A stretch of 63,380 nt of DNA, counting the filler. It is 3 parts of 3 records of this genome, joined end to end, with 100 filler letters (N's around TTAATTAATTAA, not from the genome) between each part and the next. Parts side by side here need not be neighbours in the genome. Positions count along the whole stretch, not along the records: positions 39,229 to 63,380 come from DRR723986_2312; 2 more parts are not named here. One strand, written 5' to 3'. Numbering within the stretch: position 1 is the stretch's first letter; each line of letters begins with the position of its first letter. Below the pieces are notes generated by a model. It worked only from the letters and a program-made list of their open reading frames with translations. It made no database searches and was not told the DNA's origin. Shown in pieces: positions 39,229 through 49,172 of the stretch. A program made the translations under genes and the position numbers.

Positions 39229-40116
39229 GGAGTGCAGGTAGAAAACGTCACCCGGGAATGCTTCACGTCCCGGCGGACGACGCAGCAGCAGGGAGATCTG
39301 ACGGTAGGCAACGGCCTGTTTGGACAGGTCATCGTATACGATCAGGGCGTCTTCACCGCGGTCGCGGAAGAACTCACCCATGGAAGTACCGGCGTACGGA
39401 GCCAGGAACTGCATGGCGGCCGGATCGGCGGCGCCAGCAGCAACCACGATGGTGTGGTCCATGGCACCGTGCTCTTCCAGCTTGCGCACAACGGCGGCAA
39501 TGGAAGACTGCTTCTGGCCAACGGCAACGTAGATACACTTGATGCCGGTGTGCTTCTGGTTGATGATCGCGTCGATGGCAACCGCGGTCTTACCGATCTG
39601 ACGGTCGCCGATGATCAGCTCACGCTGGCCGCGGCCGATGGGAACCATGGTATCGATGGCTTTCAGACCAGTCTGTACCGGCTCGTCAACGGACTGACGG
39701 GCGATAACGCCAGGTGCAACCTTCTCGACCGGGGAGGTCAGGCTGTTGCCCAGCTCGCCCTTACCGTCGATGGGGTTACCCAGGGAGTCAACCACACGGC
39801 CCAGCAGTTCGTTACCAACGGGTACTTCCAGGATACGACCAGTACAACGTACCTTCTGGCCTTCGGCCAGACCTTCGTAGTCACCCAGAACAACCGCACC
39901 AACAGAATCACGCTCCAGGTTCAGCGCCATGCCGTATGTGCCGTTGGCAAATTCAATCATCTCGCCGTACATAACGTCGGCCAGACCGTGGATCAGCACG
40001 ATACCGTCAGATACAGACAGGATCGTACCTTCGTTTTTTGCTTCGGAAGAGATGTCGAGTTTCTCGATTCTCTTCTTGATGATGTCACTGATCTCGGATG
40101 GATTCAGTTGCTGCAT
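39229..40116 (-). CDS. atpA: F1 ATP synthase subunit alpha (3' truncated)
   Basis: [18 protein letters not shown] Walker [27 protein letters not shown]. Confidence 0.98.
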
Positions 40117-40144
40117 GCCTTTGTCCTCAAACCTTGTGCTGAAA

Positions 40145-40681
40145 TCAGGAGCCCAGAGCCCTGGCCATTCTGGCCAGTTTGCCACGGACTGAAGCGTCGA
40201 TAACCAGGTCGCCTGTTCGTACGATCACGCCACCGATCAGGGACTGATCCACGGTGGTCTCGAGTTCGACCTTGCGCTCCAGCTTTTTGGACAGTGCGTC
40301 GATCAGTTTCTGCTGCTCGTCTGCAGACAAGTCGAATGCGGTATCGATTGTCAGGTGCACAGACTTCTCAAGGTCTGCACGGTACAAACGGAACAAAGCA
40401 GAAATCTCCGGCAGCAGGGCCAGACGCTTGTTTTCAGCAAGAATCAACAGGAAGTTTCTGAGTGCTTCAGGCAGCGGCTCTTCAAAACACTCTGCGAAGA
40501 GTTCCGCCTTGCGTTGCTCAGACAGGCCGGGGTTGGCCAGGATGTTCTTTACCTCTTGGTCAGCCGCAACCTGAGCGGCAAAAGCCAGAGCCTGATCCCA
40601 TTGATCAACGGCGTTCTGGTCCTGCGCGGCATCAAAAACGGCCTTCGCGTAGGGTCGGGCTAACGTTGTAAGTTCTGCCAT
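40145..40681 (-). CDS. atpH: ATP synthase subunit delta
   Basis: [45 protein letters not shown]. Confidence 0.97.
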   Translation of the reverse strand: MAELTTLARPYAKAVFDAAQDQNAVDQWDQALAFAAQVAADQEVKNILANPGLSEQRKAELFAECFEEPLPEALRNFLLILAENKRLALLPEISALFRLYRADLEKSVHLTIDTAFDLSADEQQKLIDALSKKLERKVELETTVDQSLIGGVIVRTGDLVIDASVRGKLARMARALGS

Positions 40682-40693
40682 GATGACCCTCGT

Positions 40694-41164
40694 TTAGAGT
40701 TCTGCGGCCAGCTTTTCCAGCATCTCGCTGTGAGCTTTGGCGTCTACAGAGGTTTCCAGAATCTTCTCGGCACCGGCAACGGCCAGGGTGGCCACTTCTG
40801 CTCTGAGTGCGTCGCGAGCCTGAACACGCTCCTGTTGAATTTCCGCCCTGGCCTGCTCAATAAGCTTTTCGCCTTCTTTGCGGGCATCCTCTTTGGAGGC
40901 TTCCACAATCTGGGCGGCACGCTTGTTGGCCTGGTCAATCAGGGCTGCAGCTTCTTCTTTCGCCTTTTGCAGTTCTTTGGTGGCTTTTTCCTGGGCCAGT
41001 TCGAGATCGAGTGATGCCCGATCGGCCGCGGATAGGCCATCTGCAATTTTCTTCTGGCGCGCTTCCATGGCAGCCGTAATCGGCGGCCATACATATTTGA
41101 CGCAGAACCAGACGAAAATAGCGAAGGCAATCGATTGCCCTATCAACGTAAGGTTTATATTCAC
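40694..41164 (-). CDS. atpF: ATP synthase subunit b
   Basis: [37 protein letters not shown]. Confidence 0.97.
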   Translation of the reverse strand: MNINLTLIGQSIAFAIFVWFCVKYVWPPITAAMEARQKKIADGLSAADRASLDLELAQEKATKELQKAKEEAAALIDQANKRAAQIVEASKEDARKEGEKLIEQARAEIQQERVQARDALRAEVATLAVAGAEKILETSVDAKAHSEMLEKLAAEL

Positions 41165-41250
41165 GGCGATATACCTCTTGCTATTCGTTGCGTCCTGGTT
41201 TCCGGAAGGAGGGGCGCGGCCTTAGCCGGCGCCCACAGCTCTCGGTTTAA

Positions 41251-41505
<255 letters not shown>

Positions 41506-41532
41506 TTAAGGGTTTGTTTATTTAAGGGTTAA

Positions 41533-42402
<870 letters not shown>

Positions 42403-42795
42403 TCATCGCTGTGGTCGCGGCCGGATGAGCCAGCGCAATGCCGTACCCAACACAACCATCACAGCAAAAGTGAATAACAGAGCCGGTACGTGGACTGGCT
42501 CCATTAAAGTGAAAACGGCCGCAAAAAACACTGCGGTAAGGGCCAGCTTGATGCTCTCTGCCCTGAATATGTTGCTCACTGCCAGGTGCATCTGTCGGGC
42601 ACCCTGATAACGATAAGCGCGGTGAGCAAAGTACGCGTTTGGTATGACAAAAATAAGACCGCCAATGAGGGCGGAATACCCGGCCAAACAACTTTCCAAC
42701 AACCACAACAGGCTCAGAATCAGCAGAACCGCCATCTCTATAATCAACCACTTGCCAAGTGGTACGTACGTGATGGCTCTCGAAGAACGGTTCAT
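42403..42795 (-). CDS. atpI: ATP synthase protein I
   Basis: SALIGGLI..IPNAYFA..YQGAR..FRAESIKLALT; first gene of the atp operon; alternative start 42810. Confidence 0.9.
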   Translation of the reverse strand: MNRSSRAITYVPLGKWLIIEMAVLLILSLLWLLESCLAGYSALIGGLIFVIPNAYFAHRAYRYQGARQMHLAVSNIFRAESIKLALTAVFFAAVFTLMEPVHVPALLFTFAVMVVLGTALRWLIRPRPQR

Positions 42796-42824
42796 ATCAC
42801 CAGCTGTCATTCCAAGCGCGCGGA

Positions 42825-42853
42825 ATTATATGTTTTAACCGATAGGTGTTCAA
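42825..42853 (-). promoter_or_regulatory. Sigma70 promoter of the atp operon
   Basis: Minus strand TTGAAC-N17-TATAAT. Confidence 0.75.
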
Positions 42854-42913
42854 CATAACCGCACGGAAAAATTGGCGAAAAAGTGAGCAGATTTTGCCGC
42901 CGAAATCTGAAGT

Positions 42914-42961
42914 TTTACACAGGTTGTGTTGCTCATCGATCGCCACAACCACATGTGGTGT
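42914..42961. promoter_or_regulatory. Tandem NrdR-box-like motifs in the parB-atpI spacer
   Basis: TTTACACAGGTTGTGT (42914-42929, weak) and CAACCACATGTGGTGT (42946-42961, palindromic core ACCACATGTGGT), 32 bp apart. Confidence 0.35.
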
Positions 42962-43012
42962 TTCCGGCACCAGACGGGACTTTAGGATGATTTTCAGGTT
43001 TTATCGGGCCGA

Positions 43013-43900
43013 CTAGCGGATGTGGCCCAGAATGCCGTCAAGCTCGTCCAGTGAACTGTACTCAATCACCAGCTTGCCTTTGCCCCGTTTACCATGATTG
43101 ATCGCCACCCGGGCACCGAGCCGGTCAGACAGATCGTCCTGCAAGGCCCGGATGTTCGGATCAAGAGCCGGCTTGGTGTTGTCTTTGTCTTCCGGTTTTT
43201 CCTGCTGAACCCGGCGCACCAGGGCTTCAGTCTGGCGTACCGACAGCGATTTGGCGACCACCTGACGGGCCACCTGCATCTGCTGCTCCGGTGGCAGGGT
43301 GAGCATGGCACGACCGTGACCCATTTCCAGATCACCATGCTCCAGCATTACCCTTACGTCTTCGGTCAGGCCGATCAACCGCAACAGGTTGGTGATCGTC
43401 GTTCGGGACTTGCCCACCGCCTCGGCCACCTGAGCCTGGGTCAGGCCGAACTCGTCCTGCAGGCGCTGCAGGGCGAAGGCTTCTTCAATAGGGTTCAGGT
43501 TTTCGCGCTGGATGTTCTCGATCAGCGCCATCGCAATGGCGGCTTCATCCGGGACATCGCGGATAATGGCAGGAATACGGTCCAGTTCTGCCAGCTGGGT
43601 GGCACGCCAGCGGCGCTCACCGGCAATCAGTTCATAACGGCCTTCCGAAACCGGACGCACCACGACCGGCTGCATCACGCCCTGCTGACGAATGGAGTCT
43701 GCCAGTTCCTGCAGAGCGGCGGGATCCATATCCCGGCGCGGCTGATAACGACCACGCTGGATCAGGTCGACCGGGATCTCACGCAGTTCACCATCGTGAT
43801 CACTGGTCTCCTGATTGAGATCCACCTTCGAGCCCTGGAGCAGTGCCCCCAGTCCCCGTTCGCCCAAGCCTCGCTTCTTCGCCGCCATGGTAGTTGTCAT
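43013..43900 (-). CDS. parB: Chromosome partitioning protein ParB
   Basis: KKRGLG.RGLGALL, YQPRR, LIAGERRWRA, ALIENIQRENLNPIEEA, HTH GKSRTTITNLLRL. Confidence 0.97.
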   Translation of the reverse strand: MTTTMAAKKRGLGERGLGALLQGSKVDLNQETSDHDGELREIPVDLIQRGRYQPRRDMDPAALQELADSIRQQGVMQPVVVRPVSEGRYELIAGERRWRATQLAELDRIPAIIRDVPDEAAIAMALIENIQRENLNPIEEAFALQRLQDEFGLTQAQVAEAVGKSRTTITNLLRLIGLTEDVRVMLEHGDLEMGHGRAMLTLPPEQQMQVARQVVAKSLSVRQTEALVRRVQQEKPEDKDNTKPALDPNIRALQDDLSDRLGARVAINHGKRGKGKLVIEYSSLDELDGILGHIR

Positions 43901-43948
43901 TCTTCCTGTTGAAATAGTGGGTGCATGGTTGCCTGACGGCGATCTATG

Positions 43949-44743
43949 TTACACCGCAACCGCGGGCGATGTCTTTTTCGATCCGTGCCGGCGTACCATC
44001 TCGCCAGCCAGCGCCAGATAAGCCACCGCACCTTTGGACACCCGATCATACTTGAGTGCCGGCATGCCGTAGCTGGGCGCTTCTGCCAGCCGGACATTAC
44101 GGGGAATCACCGCCCGGTAAACCTTGTCACCGAAATATTCACTGAGCTGACCGGAGACATCCAGAGTCAGACTGTTGCGGGGGTCGTACATGGTGCGCAG
44201 GATACCCTCAATCTCCAGATTGGGATTGACCGTTTCCTGAATCTGCTGGACGGTGTTCATCAGTGCCGCCAGCCCTTCCAGGGCATAATATTCACACTGC
44301 ATCGGGATCAGTACCGAATCCGCGGCAGACAGAGCATTCACGGTCAGCAGACTGAGTGAAGGCGGGCAATCAATCAGGATGTAGTCGTAGTTTTCCCGAA
44401 CGGTGTTGAGGGTCAGCCGTAACCGGTGTTCCCGGCCAATCTCGTTCATCAGCTCCACTTCGGCGGCGGTCAGGTCACCGTTGGCGGGCAGCAGGTCAAA
44501 ACCGGAGGCTTCAGCGTGGACGATCACGTCCGCCGGAGTAGCCCGTTTGGTCAGCACATCGTATCCGGACAGCTCCAGGGAATTTTTATCCACACCGCTG
44601 CCCATGGTGGCATTGCCCTGGGGATCCATATCCACCAGCAGCACCCGGCGCTTGGTGGCCGCCAGAGACGCGGCAAGATTGACGCAGGTGGTGGTTTTGC
44701 CCACACCGCCTTTCTGATTGGTCACTGCAATCACGCGCGCCAT
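43949..44743 (-). CDS. parA: Chromosome partitioning ATPase ParA/Soj
   Basis: NQKGGVGKTTT, DMDPQGNAT, IDCPPSL, PMQCEYYALEG, IPRNVRLAEAPSYG. Confidence 0.97.
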   Translation of the reverse strand: MARVIAVTNQKGGVGKTTTCVNLAASLAATKRRVLLVDMDPQGNATMGSGVDKNSLELSGYDVLTKRATPADVIVHAEASGFDLLPANGDLTAAEVELMNEIGREHRLRLTLNTVRENYDYILIDCPPSLSLLTVNALSAADSVLIPMQCEYYALEGLAALMNTVQQIQETVNPNLEIEGILRTMYDPRNSLTLDVSGQLSEYFGDKVYRAVIPRNVRLAEAPSYGMPALKYDRVSKGAVAYLALAGEMVRRHGSKKTSPAVAV

Positions 44744-44766
44744 GCTTTGCCTCCTGCTGTTGAGGG

Positions 44767-45411
44767 TTACCGGTGTCGTTCAGCCCGGGCGACGATCAGT
44801 AAATGCCGTTCGCCGTCGGCTCCGGGGACGGTCAGGGAATGGCTGGATTCTACCTGCCAGCCCGCCGGAAGGGCAGCTACTTCATCATCCGGATACTGGC
44901 CTTTCATGGCAAGGAACTCGCCGTCATTCGCGAGCAGACCACCACACCAGGTCACCAGGTTTTCCAGCGCGGTGAAGGCCCGGCTGCTGATCTGGGTGAA
45001 GGGCTGATCGGGCTGGCAGTCTTCCGCCCGGCCGTGGATAACTTCAACGTTGTCCAGCCCGAGCTCAAGCACACACTGATTCAGGAATCGGGTTTTCTTA
45101 CCGTTGCTGTCCAGCAGGGTAAAGCGTTTTTCCGGGAACACAATGGCCAGCGGAATACCCGGCAGGCCGCCGCCAGCGCCCACATCCAGCAAATGGGCTG
45201 TGGTCACCCAGGGCAGGATGCTCAGACTGTCCAGCAACTGGCGGGAGACCATGACCCGCTCATCCCGCACGGCGGTCAGGTTGTAGGCCTTGTTCCACTT
45301 GTTCAGCAGAGCCAGAAAGGCCAGCAACTGTTGCTGCTGGCTGTCGGGCAAAGACAGGTTCACGGCCGCCAGGCCGTCCCGAAGCTGGCCGGGCCACTGT
45401 GGATAACTCAT
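44767..45411 (-). CDS. rsmG: 16S rRNA (guanine(527)-N7)-methyltransferase RsmG
   Basis: KWNKAYNLTAVRD, LDVGAGGGLPGIPLAI, LDSNGKKTRFL, SRAF, AMKG. Confidence 0.97.
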   Translation of the reverse strand: MSYPQWPGQLRDGLAAVNLSLPDSQQQQLLAFLALLNKWNKAYNLTAVRDERVMVSRQLLDSLSILPWVTTAHLLDVGAGGGLPGIPLAIVFPEKRFTLLDSNGKKTRFLNQCVLELGLDNVEVIHGRAEDCQPDQPFTQISSRAFTALENLVTWCGGLLANDGEFLAMKGQYPDDEVAALPAGWQVESSHSLTVPGADGERHLLIVARAERHR

Positions 45412-45412
45412 C

Positions 45413-47299
45413 TCAGGCGCTCTGCTTTTTCAACAGGTCGCGCTTTTTCAGATGCACCAGAATCTGGCTGACCGCCGCCGGGGTTACCCCCTGGATACGG
45501 GACGCCTGAGCCACCGTTTCCGGGCGCACGTCCTTGAGCTTCTGCTTGATCTCGTTGGACAGGCCACCGATGACGTCGTAGTCCAGATCCAGCGGCAACG
45601 CGGTGTTCTCGTTCTTGCGCAGGCGCTCGATCTCGTCCGCCTGCCGGGAGATATAGCCTTCGTATTTGATCTCGATTTCCACCTGATCGGCAACGTTCGG
45701 GTCCTCCGCCCGTTCGGCCCCGATCTCGGCGATGTGATCGTAGACAATCTCCGGACGGCGCAACAGCTCTGCCAGAGACTGGTCACGGGTCATCGGCTGT
45801 TTCAGGTAGCCATTGGCTCGCTCACCCGCCTCGGTGTTCGGATGGATGCGGGTGCTTTCCAGGCGGCTACGCTCTTTGGCAATGCCTTCGCACTTCTCGC
45901 TGAACTTCTGCCAGCGTTCGTCGTCCACCAGGCCCAGCTTGCGGCCGGTTTCGGTCAGGCGCAGGTCGGCGTTGTCCTCCCGCAGGGTCAGCCGGTATTC
46001 GGCACGGCTGGTAAACATACGGTAAGGCTCCTGGGTGCCCATGGTGATCAGGTCGTCCACCAGTACGCCCAGATAGGCCTCATCCCGGCGCGGGTACCAC
46101 TCTTCCTGGCCCCGGGCCCGCAGCGAGGCGTTGATGCCCGCCAGCAAGCCCTGGGCGCCAGCTTCTTCATAACCGGTGGTGCCGTTGATCTGACCGGCAA
46201 AGTACAGGCCCTGGATATACTTGGTTTCCAGGGTGTGGCGCAGGTCCTGCGGGTTCAGGTAGTCATACTCGATGGCATAACCCGGGCGCAGGATGTGGGC
46301 GTTCTCGAAACCCGGTATCGAGCGCACGGCCTTGAGCTGGATATCAAACGGCAGGCTGGTGGAAATACCATTCGGGTACAGCTCGTTGGTGGTCAGGCCT
46401 TCGGGCTCGACGAAAATCTGGTGCGAATCCTTGTCGGCAAAGCGGTTGACCTTGTCCTCGATGGACGGGCAATAGCGCGGGCCCACGCCTTCGATGTTGC
46501 CAGCGAACATGGGCGAGCGGTCAAACCCACTGCGGATAATGTCGTGGGTTTCTTCGGTGGTGCGGGTCACGTAACAGCAGATCTGCTCCGGATGTTCGTC
46601 ACGGCTGCCAATAAACGACATCACGGGTGTCGGATCGTCTCCCCACTGCTGCTGCATCGCGGAGAAATCCACGGTGCGGGCATCAATGCGCGGCGGTGTT
46701 CCGGTTTTCAGGCGGCCAACGTTGAACGGTAGCTCCCGTAGGCGTTTGGCCAGGGCATTGGCCGGCGCATCACCGGCGCGACCACCGGCGTGATTCTGCA
46801 TACCGATATGGATAACGCCACCGAGGAAGGTACCGGTGGTCAGGACCACGGTTTTGGTGTTGAAGCGGATGCCGGTCTGGGTCACCACGCCCACCACCTG
46901 GTCGTTTTCCACAATCAGGTCATCGGCCGCCTGCTGGAACAGGGTCAGATTGGGCTGGTTTTCCAGCATATGGCGAATGGCGGCTTTGTACAGAATCCGG
47001 TCCGCCTGAGCACGGGTGGCACGCACCGCCGGGCCCTTACGGCTGTTCAGGACCCGGAACTGGATGCCTGCCTGATCGGTGGCCCGGGCCATGGCGCCGC
47101 CCAGGGCATCGATTTCCTTCACCAGATGGCTCTTGCCAATGCCACCGATGGCCGGGTTACAGGACATCTGCCCCAGAGTCTCAATGTTGTGGGTCAGCAG
47201 CAGGGTTTGCGAACCCATGCGCGCAGCCGCCAGGGCGGCTTCAGTACCGGCATGGCCACCACCAATGACAATGACATCGAAACGGGTCGGAAACTCCAC
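45413..47299 (-). CDS. mnmG: tRNA uridine 5-carboxymethylaminomethyl modification enzyme MnmG (GidA)
   Basis: [72 protein letters not shown]. Confidence 0.98.
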   Translation of the reverse strand: MEFPTRFDVIVIGGGHAGTEAALAAARMGSQTLLLTHNIETLGQMSCNPAIGGIGKSHLVKEIDALGGAMARATDQAGIQFRVLNSRKGPAVRATRAQADRILYKAAIRHMLENQPNLTLFQQAADDLIVENDQVVGVVTQTGIRFNTKTVVLTTGTFLGGVIHIGMQNHAGGRAGDAPANALAKRLRELPFNVGRLKTGTPPRIDARTVDFSAMQQQWGDDPTPVMSFIGSRDEHPEQICCYVTRTTEETHDIIRSGFDRSPMFAGNIEGVGPRYCPSIEDKVNRFADKDSHQIFVEPEGLTTNELYPNGISTSLPFDIQLKAVRSIPGFENAHILRPGYAIEYDYLNPQDLRHTLETKYIQGLYFAGQINGTTGYEEAGAQGLLAGINASLRARGQEEWYPRRDEAYLGVLVDDLITMGTQEPYRMFTSRAEYRLTLREDNADLRLTETGRKLGLVDDERWQKFSEKCEGIAKERSRLESTRIHPNTEAGERANGYLKQPMTRDQSLAELLRRPEIVYDHIAEIGAERAEDPNVADQVEIEIKYEGYISRQADEIERLRKNENTALPLDLDYDVIGGLSNEIKQKLKDVRPETVAQASRIQGVTPAAVSQILVHLKKRDLLKKQSA

Positions 47300-47541
47300 A
47301 CTACACCTCGGAAATCGGGGAAAAAAACAGGGCGGCGAGTATAACGCCTCGCCCGGGAAATTGCAGTCAGAATGTGCAAATTTTAACCAGCAACGAGGTG
47401 AATAAAAACCCTGTCGGCTGGCCTTGGCCGAATATCAGTGCGACGCGGCTCTCTGACAGGGTTCGTACAGGATAAGGAAATTCCGAAAGTTTCAGGATTT
47501 CATAGCCTTGTCATACATTGTTCAAAAAAGTTTTCAAAAAG

Positions 47542-47659
47542 TTATCCACACAATTGATGCCTTCACTTACAGCCAAAAGCGTCGGTAACTATTTGTTAAA
47601 TATAAATTTAATTAAATTACTCTGGCATTATTCGCAAATTATCCCAGTAATTATCCACA
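47542..47659. promoter_or_regulatory. Secondary DnaA-box cluster with IHF-like site (oriCII/datA-like)
   Basis: Perfect TTATCCACA at 47542-47550 and 47651-47659; IHF-like TAACAAATAGTTA (minus strand, 47586-47598) next to a very AT-rich tract (47591-47620). Confidence 0.65.
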
Positions 47660-47882
47660 GCGTTTTCACCGAATGCCTATATACGGTGCAAAAAACCGGT
47701 ACCCCTGAACGCAAGTGCACCAACAAAGGGCCAGTTTCCACGCAGGCTCGCCAGCGCGGTCGCTTGGCCCCGGTGTCAGGCGCCCAACCAGAGGTTTTGG
47801 CACAGAACTCGCTTGAGCCTGGAATGCAGTTTCTCAACCACGGCCAGGAAGGCTCGAACAGGCAGTACAAGGGTTCCTGACC

Positions 47883-49148
47883 ATGAAGCGCGTTCTCAGA
47901 CTTGCCGAGCACCGGCACCGCCCCTCTGGCAAAACCGCCAGCTTTATCGAACATCACGATTTCCGGTCGGTCTATCAACCCATTCTCAGCCCCACCCATC
48001 AGAAGATGGTCGGCTACGAGGCACTGGTACGGGTTCGTCGTGGTAATCAGCCAGTGGCGCCGCCTTCGCTTTTCGAGCAGGCCAGCATTCAGGGCGTCAC
48101 CTCGGAACTGGACCGGCACCTGCTGAACCTGCATCTGGAGAATTTCACCCAGGCCAACCTACCTATCTGGCTGTTTATCAATATCAACCCGGACACTCTG
48201 TTCCACCATATCGACTACCTGTCTGTACTGGCTGACCATTGCCATCAACTGGGTGTGCATCCGGAGAAAATCGTTCTGGAACTGGTGGAAACCGCCTCCC
48301 GGGACAGCGCCACGCTGCTGGAGTTCGTCCAGGAAGCCAAGGCCCGGGGATTCCAGATCGCCATCGACGACTTTGGCATGGGTGATTCCAATTTTGAGCG
48401 CCTGTGGCGCATCAACCCGCTGATCGTGAAGATTGACCGGTCTCTGTTGATGAACGCCCAGGATCACAACCGCGCGCGATTACTGTTGAACAGCCTGGTC
48501 CGGATGATTCGCGAGAGTGGCAGCCTGGTGCTGATTGAAGGCATCGAGAACAATGCCCAGGCCCACATTGCGCTGGCCACCGAAGCGGATCTGCTGCAGG
48601 GCTTTCTGTTTGCCCGACCGGGGCAAGGGTCCGAAGAACTGACACAGACCGCCGAAACCGCGTTGCGACAGGTCATGTCGGAATCCGAACGCTGGTGCCA
48701 GAACGATTTCAGGACCCGAGAGACCTATCTCAAGCTGCTGAGATTCGAAATCATGGATGCCTGCCATGCCCTGGCCCGGGGCGAGGAATTTGATCGGGTC
48801 TGCCGGCCTCTGCTGCAAATGGAGGGCGTACAGCGATGCTTCCTGCTCGATCAAAAAGGGATTCAGCAAGGTAGTCTGGCCCAATCCGGGGCTTCCCGGA
48901 ATGCCGCATTCAACCCGCTGTATCAGTCCGCTGGCGCCTGCTGGAGCCATCGGGAATATTTCCGCAACGCCCTGGAGCGACCGCAACACATCAGCTGCAG
49001 TCGTCCCTACGTCGCCCTTCCGGACGCCCGACGAACCGTCACCCTGTCCACCGGCACCTCACTGGCCCAGGGCCACCGGATCTTCTGCGTGGATATCCAT
49101 CCGGATGAGGTCCTGGACGGTCAGGTTCTGTTCCCGGACACCCTTTGA
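47883..49148 (+). CDS. EAL-domain c-di-GMP phosphodiesterase-like protein with YkuI_C-like C-terminal sensor domain
   Basis: YQPI, YEALVR, FININP, LELVE, IDDFG, KIDRS, EGIE, LQGFLFARP; C-terminal WSHREYF..SRPY..TVTLS. Confidence 0.85.
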   Translation: MKRVLRLAEHRHRPSGKTASFIEHHDFRSVYQPILSPTHQKMVGYEALVRVRRGNQPVAPPSLFEQASIQGVTSELDRHLLNLHLENFTQANLPIWLFININPDTLFHHIDYLSVLADHCHQLGVHPEKIVLELVETASRDSATLLEFVQEAKARGFQIAIDDFGMGDSNFERLWRINPLIVKIDRSLLMNAQDHNRARLLLNSLVRMIRESGSLVLIEGIENNAQAHIALATEADLLQGFLFARPGQGSEELTQTAETALRQVMSESERWCQNDFRTRETYLKLLRFEIMDACHALARGEEFDRVCRPLLQMEGVQRCFLLDQKGIQQGSLAQSGASRNAAFNPLYQSAGACWSHREYFRNALERPQHISCSRPYVALPDARRTVTLSTGTSLAQGHRIFCVDIHPDEVLDGQVLFPDTL

Positions 49149-49172
49149 TACCGGGATTTCACCCGGTCGGGT

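Noticed and set aside
29383..40116. Functional linkage between yggT/recQ, the flagellar genes and the atp operon
   Set aside because: The adjacency is created by the artificial linkers; the contigs come from different loci or organisms
45452..46732. Long antisense ORFs (426 aa opposite mnmG; also 59313-60551, 39232-40203, 50586-51668, 7833-8597, 58254-59267)
   Set aside because: They mirror highly conserved genes, have no recognisable motifs, and are the expected by-product of GC-rich codon bias
47518..48134. ORFs 47518-47880 (+) and 47628-48134 (-) over the secondary DnaA-box region
   Set aside because: Atypical composition, no motifs, and overlap with regulatory DNA and the EAL gene
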